The position numbers were made by a program, and so were the translations under genes. This document shows positions 26,644 to 36,091 of a DNA stretch of 64,000 nucleotides, in pieces (the first letter of the stretch is position 1; every line of letters begins with the position of its first letter). The notes under the pieces were generated by a model that was not told the DNA's origin, searched no databases, and worked only from the letters and a program-made list of their open reading frames with translations. Source of the DNA: Patescibacteria group bacterium (GTDB lineage: Bacteria > Patescibacteriota > Microgenomatia > JAMCZE01); the NCBI GenBank assembly GCA_023380635.1, contig JAMCRP010000001.1, positions 405,200 to 469,199 on the forward strand. Direction: 5' to 3'.

Positions 26644-28275
26644 ATGAAAAAGGCCGTTTTTTTTGGCCTGGCTTTAGCAGTTTTATTTTTGACCCCAAAA
26701 CCAGCCCTAGCCAAGACTGCGCCCAGGTCGGGCAGCTGTTCCACAACTTCATATAATTGTATTGCCGGTACCACTGTAGGAAGCAGCACTTGCAACTGCG
26801 ACGCCACCGGTTCCAATTGTTCTTGGTCCAGTGGAACACCTACAGATACTGATGCTCAAAACAATTCGGGTTGTACCGCCACATCAAATTTATATCCAGG
26901 GAGTTACACCTTTTTTAATCCCACTCCCCAGTCTTTTTCTAACGACCTCTATGGTCAAGCCGGAGCCGATGCCGGAACGGAAATAAACAGCTCAAGATGG
27001 GTAAAGATGGTGGCGTCGGATATTGGCCTTTCTATTGCTGCCGATGCCATTGGCTTGCCCGGCCAACCGAACTCCGTTCAAGCTAGTGCTGTAGGTTTTT
27101 TAGCCCGGGGCATTGATACTTTGGCTTTTAATCCGCCGGCTTCATCGATCCAGTATCTGGCGTACATGGGACGGGAGTTCCATGTACCCGGCACCCCGGA
27201 AACCGCTTACGCCGCGGATAATATCGGCGGCGTGGGTTTCAGCCAACTTAGTCCCATTCTCCAGCTTTGGACTATCGCCCGTAATCTTGCCTATCTGGTC
27301 TTTGCCATCATTTTCGTAATTATCGGTTTAATGATTATGCTGCGGGTTAAAATTGATCCCAAAACCGCTGCTACCATTCAAAATTCCCTGCCAAAAATTG
27401 TCATTGCTCTGGTTTTGGTGACTTTCTCCTACGCCATTGCCGGATTTTTGATCGATATCATGTATGTGTTCCTGGCCTTAATTGTAACTTTAATGAGTCC
27501 GGTTGCCGGCGGTAAGGATATTTTGGAAAACCTTCTTAGCGGTAGCATTTTCAACTATGTAGCCAATGGCCAATTCATGGATGTTTCTACCAGTGCCGCA
27601 GCAGCAGTCGGAAACATTGTTAACGGAATCGTTACTGGCATAAGAGGGGGTAATTCCGTACAAGGCTCTGTTTTAGGACTAGTAACCTCAGGACTTGCCT
27701 TCTTAGTTGTTGCTATTGCCATTTTGGTCGCCCTTTTCCGCACCTGGCTATCCTTGATCGGGGCTTATGCCAATATTATTCTGGCCATTATTGGTTCGCC
27801 CTTAATGCTTATGATGGACGCTATTCCCGGTCAAAACCAGTTTAGTGCGTGGCTTCGGAATATGCTCTCCAACCTCCTGGCTTTTCCAGTAGTTTTTGTC
27901 ATGCTAACCATCGGCTCAGCAATCACGACTAATTTAGGGAGCGGCACGGGTAACGTCGGCACCTCAGGAGGCTTTGTTCCGCCCCTTCTCGGCGCCGGGA
28001 ATATGGAAGCAGCTTCCAGTCTTATCGGATTAGGCATCCTTTTAACTATTCCCAAAGCTGTCAATATTGTCCAGGAAATGCTTAAAACCCCGCCGTTTAA
28101 GTATGGCAACGCCTGGCAAGAGTCTCTGACTGCAGGAGCTACCGGTGCTCAGTTTGCTGGCCGAGGAGCCTTGGAACTTGGTAATGCCGAAATTTTGCCT
28201 GGAGCAAGAGAAGGAGCCAGGAGAAGAGGAATTGTACCGGTAGCTACAGGTTGGATAAGGTCTCAGTTTAGTTAG
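26644..28275 (+). CDS. VirB6/TrbL-like polytopic membrane protein with Cys-rich N-terminal ectodomain
   Basis: Signal peptide, Cys/Ser/Thr-rich region, then at least six TM helices in a TrbL/VirB6-like arrangement with a Gly-rich C-terminus; immediately follows the pilin array; 543 aa. Confidence 0.5.
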   Translation: MKKAVFFGLALAVLFLTPKPALAKTAPRSGSCSTTSYNCIAGTTVGSSTCNCDATGSNCSWSSGTPTDTDAQNNSGCTATSNLYPGSYTFFNPTPQSFSNDLYGQAGADAGTEINSSRWVKMVASDIGLSIAADAIGLPGQPNSVQASAVGFLARGIDTLAFNPPASSIQYLAYMGREFHVPGTPETAYAADNIGGVGFSQLSPILQLWTIARNLAYLVFAIIFVIIGLMIMLRVKIDPKTAATIQNSLPKIVIALVLVTFSYAIAGFLIDIMYVFLALIVTLMSPVAGGKDILENLLSGSIFNYVANGQFMDVSTSAAAAVGNIVNGIVTGIRGGNSVQGSVLGLVTSGLAFLVVAIAILVALFRTWLSLIGAYANIILAIIGSPLMLMMDAIPGQNQFSAWLRNMLSNLLAFPVVFVMLTIGSAITTNLGSGTGNVGTSGGFVPPLLGAGNMEAASSLIGLGILLTIPKAVNIVQEMLKTPPFKYGNAWQESLTAGATGAQFAGRGALELGNAEILPGAREGARRRGIVPVATGWIRSQFS

Positions 28276-28277
28276 CC

Positions 28278-29879
28278 TTACCTTTTTCCGCCGCCAAATT
28301 TGATGCCGGTAATCGTGCCGGCTACACCCAAGACATCTTGAAGGGCTCTACTGCCCCAGCCTTTTGCAGCATTCTGGGCAAAATACGAGATAACATCGCC
28401 TCGTATATTCTTTGGTATTTCGATTCCATACATATTTCTGATTTCCTGGAAAAATGCCCTGGAATCGCCGGGTTTGAGAAGTTTTCCAGCCGGCCGCATA
28501 TACTCAGCCATGGTCGATTCCAAAAGAACTATTCCTCCCAGAGTGCTTCTCTTGGCGTTTTCTTTAAGTCGGCCGGTATATTGTAGAGTTACCCGGGCAT
28601 AGTTATCCACCGATTTGAGAGCGGCACCAACCTTGCCAAAATCGCCCAAAGCAGCAATGAAACCCTCCGTCGCTGCCTGGCCCCGCTCTAAGGCTTTAAA
28701 ATAACTTTTTAAACCAATCTTTCGCCCCTCATTGTCGCGCATTTCCTCATCCCGAGCTCCAGCATCAACCAGAGACCAGAGCGCAGGCGGCGCTCCGGCA
28801 GGACGGGATACTGGTACTGCTGAACGGGAGTCAATTTCCTTTTTTGCATAAGACGGTAGATCAAACGCCTCAGAATAGCGCCGCAGCGCTGGCATCATCG
28901 CCTCAGTAATCATTTCTCCACGAACATAGAGAGCATATCGATGGGGGTACATTATGTTCGCCACGGGATCATTTGTTGTCCAGGCGCCAAATTCAATTGT
29001 GTTTTCATCCCAATGTCCGGTCCTCGTATTTATCCGGTTCCAATAGCCCACATAACCTAAGATCTGAGCCAGTTGTAGCGTCATCGCAAATTGATATTCC
29101 GGAATAATCGTGTCCCAGCTGTTGACCCAAGCTGTTCTGGCTGGTCGCCCGGCAAACATCGCTTTCGAAGTCGCCAGCCATCTGGCCTCAATCTCAAAGC
29201 GGTCATCGGGGGCACCGCCATTGGCAATCATAGCAGCGAAAGCTTCTTCTTGCCATTGTTTCGCGTTAGTATCCAAAAAACGGAAAGATTGCTGAACTCC
29301 TCTGGAAAAATAAATTATTTGCGCCAGCTCATCCTCCTTGAACCAGTCTTTGTCCTCCGAACCGGCAGTTACTGCCTTAATGAATTCTCCGGCGTTACCG
29401 TTTGACTGCAGAAAAGCATTATCCAGATTATGTAATTTATGCAAACCTCGGGCTAACCCCAAAATATCCAGATAATCTTGTTCTGACAAGGTCCAAGGCC
29501 GCACTCCGGTTCGAGCCAACTGAGCCCTTTTCTCTAGTTCCTGTGACACTCGAGTGCCGATTCCCTCTGTCAATTTTCCCCGGTTCTCATAAACCGAGCC
29601 GTAAATCATCAAGACCCAGTTAGAAATATCGCGTAAATTGTTTCCTACGGCTTCGGCAGAAAAAATCTTTTCTCCAGTTAAGCCGGTGTCTCGGGGAGGA
29701 AAACCCGCTGCAGTAATCATAGAAGGCATATTTTTAGCCGGTATATCCGGCGGCGTTGCTACACCAATGTAGCTCATCCAATCCGGAGTTTTAGCAGCTA
29801 GGGCATTAAAAACATCTTCTTCCGTTTGTGGTACCGAAGCCCCGAGTCCTGATAAAATTTCGCCAGAAATGCTTGGCAT
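28278..29879 (-). CDS. Hypothetical soluble protein (533 aa) with no recognisable domain
   Basis: No TM helix, signal peptide or Walker motif; last gene of the minus-strand operon converging on the VirB6-like gene. Confidence 0.45.
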   Translation of the reverse strand: MPSISGEILSGLGASVPQTEEDVFNALAAKTPDWMSYIGVATPPDIPAKNMPSMITAAGFPPRDTGLTGEKIFSAEAVGNNLRDISNWVLMIYGSVYENRGKLTEGIGTRVSQELEKRAQLARTGVRPWTLSEQDYLDILGLARGLHKLHNLDNAFLQSNGNAGEFIKAVTAGSEDKDWFKEDELAQIIYFSRGVQQSFRFLDTNAKQWQEEAFAAMIANGGAPDDRFEIEARWLATSKAMFAGRPARTAWVNSWDTIIPEYQFAMTLQLAQILGYVGYWNRINTRTGHWDENTIEFGAWTTNDPVANIMYPHRYALYVRGEMITEAMMPALRRYSEAFDLPSYAKKEIDSRSAVPVSRPAGAPPALWSLVDAGARDEEMRDNEGRKIGLKSYFKALERGQAATEGFIAALGDFGKVGAALKSVDNYARVTLQYTGRLKENAKRSTLGGIVLLESTMAEYMRPAGKLLKPGDSRAFFQEIRNMYGIEIPKNIRGDVISYFAQNAAKGWGSRALQDVLGVAGTITGIKFGGGKR

Positions 29880-29888
29880 AAGAGCATT

Positions 29889-30620
29889 TTAACACACGCC
29901 TAGATAAATCTCTCCACAGTGTTTACACCGGTAGCCTTTGGTAATCCAATCATTAATTTCTTTTCCGCAGATTCCACAGGCGCGGGCAAAAACTTGGATT
30001 TTTCCATCGGGTCCGATCCGCTTCTGGGTAACTTCGACTGCCTTTGGGCAAGCTTTATCAATGTCTACCCCCTCTTTTTTCAAAAAATAAGCCTTTGGGT
30101 CATTTTGATGCTGAATCTCTTCAACTTCCTGATTAAACTTTATTTCCGCCTGGTCGTTTCGGATACTTTCCCAGATAACCGACATGGGAATAACCTCTTC
30201 AAGTATCTTCGGGTCCGGCAAAAAATAATAGCCCTCACGGGAAAATCCGGCTAAGGAAGTTATAAACGAGGCAAAATCCCGGCCGGAAAAGGTCTGGCCA
30301 GTAATGTCATATTCTACAATCTGATTTCCTTCTCTTATCGCCACCAAAATTTTTCCCCGGTTATAAAAACTATCCGGAGGGCTCAGCCAAACCCCGGTCC
30401 CCGAATTTTTTTGCAATTCGTTAAGCATGGCCAAATTAACTTGGGTTTCCCGCTCTTCCCGATGGTTGTGGGCCGCAAAAGTTTGTTCAATCCTTTTTCC
30501 GGAAAGCGGGTCAACAATTCCCAAATTGGTGAGATTTAGTCTAATAACCGAGGTGTTTAAACCGGGAAGAAGCTCATTTTTAGCAGAGACGGCGTTAACG
30601 GCTTCAAGACGGGAAATCAT
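29889..30620 (-). CDS. Hypothetical protein with C-terminal zinc ribbon
   Basis: CGICGKEIN...CKHCGEIY CxxC-x-CxxC at the C-terminus; 243 aa. Confidence 0.45.
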   Translation of the reverse strand: MISRLEAVNAVSAKNELLPGLNTSVIRLNLTNLGIVDPLSGKRIEQTFAAHNHREERETQVNLAMLNELQKNSGTGVWLSPPDSFYNRGKILVAIREGNQIVEYDITGQTFSGRDFASFITSLAGFSREGYYFLPDPKILEEVIPMSVIWESIRNDQAEIKFNQEVEEIQHQNDPKAYFLKKEGVDIDKACPKAVEVTQKRIGPDGKIQVFARACGICGKEINDWITKGYRCKHCGEIYLGVC

Positions 30621-30730
30621 ATCTTGCTCGAGACGGGCAGATTGCTAGTTTTCCGGCTTTAACGGTTGCGGCACAGCGTCGGAGTTACACCGACTTCCTT
30701 AAACACAATCCAGGGTTAATATGCCAAATC

Positions 30731-33520
30731 CTAGGGGATATTGCAATACTGAGGTTTGGCAGTTGACCAAGCCTTCCATGTCTGACCGTTATTTGAAAGC
30801 CTGGCTGCAGCAGCAGCATTGTGATCGTCTTGCCTCCAATAGTCCGCACATTGCTTTAAAAGATTCTCATCTCTATCACAAGCATCGCCGCAATCTTTGC
30901 CACAGTAAGGTTTTAAGAACGGATTTTTGCCACCAGGAATTTCTTTACATAAATAATCATGGGCGAATAAATTAATTTGGAAAATGCCGACGCTGTATTC
31001 GTTGTGACGATTAGTTCCATCGTTGCAGCCGTCGTTCGTTTTGGTACTCTTACCACCGGATTCCCTATAACAAATTCTCGAAGCATTTTCGACCTGATCA
31101 CTAGTAAAAGTTGATGAGAGATTAGCTACAGAACAGGCGTTGCCAATTGGCGCTACTGGACAGCGACTGGCCGTGTAGTTCGGACTGCCGACCGCTACCG
31201 TTGCTTCAGCGGTCAGGGTTTCTTCTTTGTCGCCCGCTTTGACCGTTACGGTAGCTATATTTACCAAATTGCTGTTATTGTCCGCAGCCGTTGTCGTGTA
31301 GGAAGTCATCACCGTTGTGGAATCGCCCTTTAGGACGGTTGGCGGAAAAACCGGATTGGCTGACAATTTCAACGGCGTGCTGGCATTATTTTCCCGGGTA
31401 AACTTATCGTCAACCTTAACAATGCTGATATCGTTATCTTTTCCGGCAGTAATTTTAAGGGAAAAGGTTACGGTAGCACTCGTCCCCCCGGCAACCGAAG
31501 TTTGATCAACGGTTTTTTCCAGCGTAAATAAAGTGCCTTCCTCTTTGCTTAAATCCGCCTGCTGAGAAGTCGCGGCCACGGTGCCAAAAGCCGTCCAGGT
31601 CGAAATAACCACTACCAATGAACCGACAGCGGTTGCCGCCACCGAAGCGATTACCGGAAGAGCTCCGCCACCTAACAAAGATGTGAGCGACAGCCCGCTA
31701 ATGCCCAAAAAGCCGCCGGACGCCGCTGCTCCAACCGCGCCCGTCCCCGTTCCCAAAGCTCCCGCGCCACCAATTGTCGCCGCGCTGGCCACTGGAGCCG
31801 TAGCTACGGCCGACCCGAAACCCGCCCCGAAACCAAAAGAACTGCTCACAACATAACCAATGGCTGCTCCCGAAACTCCTCCCAAACCAAAACCGATTAG
31901 GCTGCCGATTGGTCCGCCTGCCAGAGCTCCCAGAGCCATTCCGGTCAGCGCCCCGGCCGCGCTGAAGCCGATCACTATGGCGTTTGAAAGCAAAGCTTGG
32001 ATAAAAACATAGACGGCTAGACCGGTCCCGACACCAGCATTAAGCATTAAGTCCCGCATTTCTTTGCTGGAGAGCAGTTTTTTGACCAGTTTGGCTCCTT
32101 CCCAAATTAAGCCAATGGCGGCTATGACCTGGCCCGCGCCGGGAATTGCTCCCAAAGCACCTTTAATCAGCATTCCCCACGACTTCTTTTTGATTTCGCC
32201 GGTAACAACCTTGCCGGTTTCTTTCCCGGCTTTTTTTAAACTCTCCCCGCCCACTTTACCGGCCAACTTCAGGTCTTTTTTAGAAACAAACCGCCCGGTC
32301 AGTCTTTGCCATATATTTTGCGGTTTAGCCGGCGGGGGGGTAAGCGTTTCCGGCGGAGTAGTAACCGGCTGTTCAGTCTTACTTTTACTAAATGTTCGTT
32401 CCCAGGAACCGACAAAAAAATCTCTAAACCAGGGCACCAGAAGTGATGGACTGTGCACTACGGCCCGCCAACTAAGCTGCCTGGCGCCAATTTCTTCCAG
32501 GGTGCGACGTTCCTGAGCTTGGACCACCGATCCCGGCTTTGTCTGTTCAACTGACTTTTTCTCCGGCACCGGAGTTTGAACAATGCGCTCGCCGGACGCT
32601 ACTCCAATTGGCTGCTCTTCCTGCTTTTTTTTGGCTTCTTCCTCCTCCAGTTCTACAGCCCTTTGAGCGTCGCGGGCCGCGTTTTTCTCAGCCTCAGCAG
32701 TTGCCAGGCCGGGTTTGTCCAGCCAACGCTCCAAATAAACCGCGTATAGCGCCTGGAAACGATCCATTCGGTGCTTAGCTTCACTCTGCTGGTTATCCAA
32801 TCTTGCTTTTTGGGCTTTTAGTGACTCCAGAAGGGTTTTATCCGGCTGTTTAAGAAAAATAACATCACTCAGGTTGACACCAACTAAATTCCGCAGTCCT
32901 GCTTCATACTTAGCTAATAACTCCTCTAGGGCTAAATATTCCTCCCGAAAAATGTTGATAATAACCGGCCAGTTCTGAGTTTCAAAAGCTGGTTTATACT
33001 CCGGCGCCTTGCCAATTTTTGGCGGCTTTCTTTTAATGACATGATCAAATAAAAATTCTTCGAAATTAGCCTGAGATTGCTGTTGGGAAGTTTGGCTTTG
33101 ATTTGTTCCGACCCTTAGTGCATTTACCCAGTCGACAATAGCATTGTCTAAATTAACTGTTTCTATATATGACGCCCTAGAATCCATTAGAAGTGCGGTC
33201 GTGCCATATATGGCATCTGGCGAATGGTCTTTTGCCAGAATATAGGCTTTTTCCAATTCGGCTAATTGTTCACGAAGTGCCTCGATGCCGGAAATCAAAC
33301 CTTCCCCAATCGCCGCCCCAAAAGTAGCTTGCAGCAAAGCCTTCTCATGATCGGCCCGTTCCTTGTCAAAGTATGCCTGTTGCCCACTAACCTTTTTTTC
33401 TTCAGCGGCCAATAGAACATTAACCCCGGTATTCGAATCATTCAGGTCATGTTCCAACCTATCAATATCCTTTTGCAATTGCGCTTCATACGAACCCAAA
33501 ACAGGTTCAACATCGGCCAT
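30731..33520 (-). CDS. Large multidomain membrane protein: N-terminal coiled coil, Gly-rich multi-TM block, Ig-like/DUF11-like beta domain, C-terminal lysozyme-like (C-type lysozyme/SLT fold) peptidoglycan hydrolase domain
   Basis: 929 aa. The C-terminus (CYRESGG...EYSVGIFQIN...CADYWRQ...TWKAWSTAKPQYC) parallels the hen lysozyme pattern (DYGILQINSRWWC...AWVAWRNRC). The middle is GxxxG-rich and hydrophobic; the N-terminal 350 aa is a charged coiled coil. Confidence 0.55.
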   Translation of the reverse strand: MADVEPVLGSYEAQLQKDIDRLEHDLNDSNTGVNVLLAAEEKKVSGQQAYFDKERADHEKALLQATFGAAIGEGLISGIEALREQLAELEKAYILAKDHSPDAIYGTTALLMDSRASYIETVNLDNAIVDWVNALRVGTNQSQTSQQQSQANFEEFLFDHVIKRKPPKIGKAPEYKPAFETQNWPVIINIFREEYLALEELLAKYEAGLRNLVGVNLSDVIFLKQPDKTLLESLKAQKARLDNQQSEAKHRMDRFQALYAVYLERWLDKPGLATAEAEKNAARDAQRAVELEEEEAKKKQEEQPIGVASGERIVQTPVPEKKSVEQTKPGSVVQAQERRTLEEIGARQLSWRAVVHSPSLLVPWFRDFFVGSWERTFSKSKTEQPVTTPPETLTPPPAKPQNIWQRLTGRFVSKKDLKLAGKVGGESLKKAGKETGKVVTGEIKKKSWGMLIKGALGAIPGAGQVIAAIGLIWEGAKLVKKLLSSKEMRDLMLNAGVGTGLAVYVFIQALLSNAIVIGFSAAGALTGMALGALAGGPIGSLIGFGLGGVSGAAIGYVVSSSFGFGAGFGSAVATAPVASAATIGGAGALGTGTGAVGAAASGGFLGISGLSLTSLLGGGALPVIASVAATAVGSLVVVISTWTAFGTVAATSQQADLSKEEGTLFTLEKTVDQTSVAGGTSATVTFSLKITAGKDNDISIVKVDDKFTRENNASTPLKLSANPVFPPTVLKGDSTTVMTSYTTTAADNNSNLVNIATVTVKAGDKEETLTAEATVAVGSPNYTASRCPVAPIGNACSVANLSSTFTSDQVENASRICYRESGGKSTKTNDGCNDGTNRHNEYSVGIFQINLFAHDYLCKEIPGGKNPFLKPYCGKDCGDACDRDENLLKQCADYWRQDDHNAAAAARLSNNGQTWKAWSTAKPQYCNIP

Positions 33521-33555
33521 ACAACCATCTTAGCAAAAATTCTCTTCTTAAGATA

Positions 33556-35241
33556 ATGTATACTAGACGTATGCCCGAGCATGCCACTTTTTTTGGTCAT
33601 GCCGCCAGTTTCGACTCGTTTCAGGTGGTCGCGCCGGATTTTAACGCGCTGCACAAAATCGAAAAAACCATTGAACAGTCGCCCCAAAGCGCTCCGACAG
33701 AATTGATTGATTCCGTTCCGAACACTCATTTACTAATTGCCAAAATTGACGGCGATGTTTTGGAAGTAGCCGCAACGAACGGCATGAGAGCCAAACTCTT
33801 CCGCGGCGGAAAGATTATTAATCTTCTCCTGACTCCGGGAAAAATTGCCGGCCATATTAAAAACGGGGACATTCTGGTTTTGGGAACTGAAGATTTTTTT
33901 AATAAGATTTTTAGTTCCGAGAATGTCCATAATCCTGAAGAATTATCTCTAAAACTGGAAGGCCTGGAAGATAAAGACAATGTTGCCGGTTTAATTCTGA
34001 AACTGGACAATGTTTCTTTGGATACTAGTCTCCGACCCCCATTATCCAGCCCTACCAGTTCTCCTCGCCGCCCGCTGTTCCCCTCCAGTTTTGACCGGCC
34101 AAAAATCTTAACTCAAACCCCTTCCAAGCGCACGCTTTACGGTGCCGGGGTCATTCTGGTTTTTCTGATTTCGCTTATCGCCTTTCAGCTGCGCGGCCGT
34201 AATCTGGAACAGCGCACTCAAAACGCCGCGGTGATCGAAAAACAGGCCCGGGACAGTTTGAATCAAGCCTCTAACTTTGCCGGGCTGAACGACAACATGG
34301 CCAGAAACACTCTCATTACCGCCAAAAATAATTTCCTGACCCAGGCCCAAACGGATTTTGGCCCCAACTGGCAAAAAGACCCAAGCCCGGAAACTAAAAA
34401 GTTGCAGGCGGTTTTAGCCGATTTGGATAATCAGCTGGCCCAGGTTTCGCATATTTATAATTTATCCGCCCTGGATCTTTTTTCTGATTTCAGTCTACTG
34501 CGGGCCGATGCTAACATTACTGCTGCTTCTCTAGACAAAAACGAAATTGTTGCCCTGGATTCCAATAACGGCGCCGTTTATTCTCTCGGCACCAAATCAA
34601 AAACGGCAGCCATTGTCGGCGGCGCTGCGGATTTTAAGAGTAACAATTATATTGATGCGACGGCCGACACCGTTTATGTATATACACCATCCGGAATTGA
34701 AAGTATTAACCGGACCACCAATTCCGTCAAAGTTTTATTGCCTTTATCAAGTGATTTTGTCAAAATCCGGGGCCTCAAGACTTTCGGGGGAAACTTATAT
34801 CTTCTGGACACCGACGGTTCGCAAATTTGGAAATATCAGGGGACGGATTTTGGTTTTTCGGCCTCGCCCTCGGCGTATCTTCGCGCCGGTTCCGCTGACT
34901 TTACCAATGTGAATTCTTTTGCCATTGACGGCACCATTTTTGTTTTAAGTAATAGCGGCAATGTGGCCAATTTTTCCGGCGGCTACGCGCAGGATTTTAG
35001 CGTTTCCGGTTTAGACAAACCCCTGAACAACCCTACTAGCATTTTTACTTCCGACGAAACCAATAATTTGTATATTCTCGATTCCGGCAACAACCGGGTC
35101 GTCGTTTTAGATAAAAAAGGCAATTATCAGGCCCAGTATGTTTCGCCGGATATTAAGGGCAGCCTCATTCTTGCCGACGAAACCGTAAAGAAGGTATTTT
35201 TGCTTTCTGGGGCAAAAGTCTATTCCTTTGATCTCAAATAG
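33556..35241 (+). CDS. Membrane protein with N-terminal degenerate PP2C-like domain, one TM helix and a C-terminal beta-propeller (NHL/YVTN-like repeats)
   Basis: VAATNGMRAKLFRGGKI and NGDILVLGTEDFF resemble late PP2C motifs. TM helix LYGAGVILVFLISLIAF. Repeated beta-strand-rich C-terminus ends in YILDSGNNRVVVLD (NHL-like). Confidence 0.4.
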   Translation: MYTRRMPEHATFFGHAASFDSFQVVAPDFNALHKIEKTIEQSPQSAPTELIDSVPNTHLLIAKIDGDVLEVAATNGMRAKLFRGGKIINLLLTPGKIAGHIKNGDILVLGTEDFFNKIFSSENVHNPEELSLKLEGLEDKDNVAGLILKLDNVSLDTSLRPPLSSPTSSPRRPLFPSSFDRPKILTQTPSKRTLYGAGVILVFLISLIAFQLRGRNLEQRTQNAAVIEKQARDSLNQASNFAGLNDNMARNTLITAKNNFLTQAQTDFGPNWQKDPSPETKKLQAVLADLDNQLAQVSHIYNLSALDLFSDFSLLRADANITAASLDKNEIVALDSNNGAVYSLGTKSKTAAIVGGAADFKSNNYIDATADTVYVYTPSGIESINRTTNSVKVLLPLSSDFVKIRGLKTFGGNLYLLDTDGSQIWKYQGTDFGFSASPSAYLRAGSADFTNVNSFAIDGTIFVLSNSGNVANFSGGYAQDFSVSGLDKPLNNPTSIFTSDETNNLYILDSGNNRVVVLDKKGNYQAQYVSPDIKGSLILADETVKKVFLLSGAKVYSFDLK

Positions 35242-35622
35242 TGGAGATGGAGGGTGTGACCCCTCGTGTGAAAAAGTGACTTTTAAACATCTACAAGCTT
35301 AGTTAGTTCTGACTCTTGGTACTGCCGGTCAAACTAACAAGAAAGCAGTACCGTGGTTGTTCGTCTTAGGATTACTAAGAAAACCAAACTTAATAACCAG
35401 CATTCCGGCTGTGTTTATGCTCCAGAAACCCCACCGGGAGAAGGTTTAAGAAACAGCTTTAACCCTTTTAGCTATAGATGGGATACCCATCTTGATCCAA
35501 TTGGGCGTAGGCAAATGCTAGTTTTTGATTAGCACTTATCTTTTGAAACCGTCTTTTACGAAGTAGATTTCTTCTTCGGCTTGCCGTTGTCAAAGTGCTT
35601 TTTCGTCGATTCGTACATCCCC
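35241..35622 (-). ncRNA. ssrA: tmRNA (SsrA)
   Basis: Reverse complement begins GGGGATGTACGAATCGACG (tmRNA 5' consensus GGGG...GATTCGACG). The 3' end ...GAGGGGTCACACCCTCCATCTCCAC forms a T-arm plus acceptor pairing with GGGGATG. Lies immediately downstream of smpB on the same strand. Ends are accurate to +/- a few nt. Confidence 0.6.
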
Positions 35623-35690
35623 AAGAACAATTTTCAATTTACAATTTTAAATTTTCAATGAATTCTTAATTTTCAATTTTCAAACTTCTC
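35623..35690. repeat. AATTTTC heptamer repeat block spanning the smpB stop and the tmRNA promoter
   Basis: caattttcaatttacaattttaaattttcaatgaattcttaattttcaattttcaaac; contains three TTGAAAAT units on the minus strand. Confidence 0.6.
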
Positions 35691-36091
35691 TCAAGATCGC
35701 GCTTTTTGATCGCTTCTCTTTTATCCCATTGTTTTTTGCCTCGGGCCAGGGCGATTTCCACCTTAAAGATATTGCCTTTATTATACAGCGCGACAGGCAC
35801 CAAAGTCAAGCCCATAGTTTGCATTTTTGAGGCTAAACCGAGCAATTCTTTCTTATGCAAAAGCAAGCGGCGCGAGCGAGTGGGACTAATCGTCTCGATA
35901 GAATTTTGGTACGGGTGAATGTGGGCATTAACCAGATATGCTTGCCCATCACGAATGTGGACAAAAGCCTCGTTTAAAGAAACCTGTCCTTCGCGCACAG
36001 ATTTGACCTCGGGACCTAAAAGATCTATCCCGGCTTCAAATTTTTCGAGTAAATTATAGTTATACCGTGCCGCGCGGTTTTCAATCCTCAT
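35666..36091 (-). CDS. smpB: SsrA-binding protein SmpB
   Basis: RAARYNYNLLEKFEAGIDLLGPEVKSVREGQVSLNEAF matches the SmpB core. Start at M29 of track ORF 35666-36175 (ATG 36091). Confidence 0.8.
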   Translation of the reverse strand: MRIENRAARYNYNLLEKFEAGIDLLGPEVKSVREGQVSLNEAFVHIRDGQAYLVNAHIHPYQNSIETISPTRSRRLLLHKKELLGLASKMQTMGLTLVPVALYNKGNIFKVEIALARGKKQWDKREAIKKRDLERSLKIEN

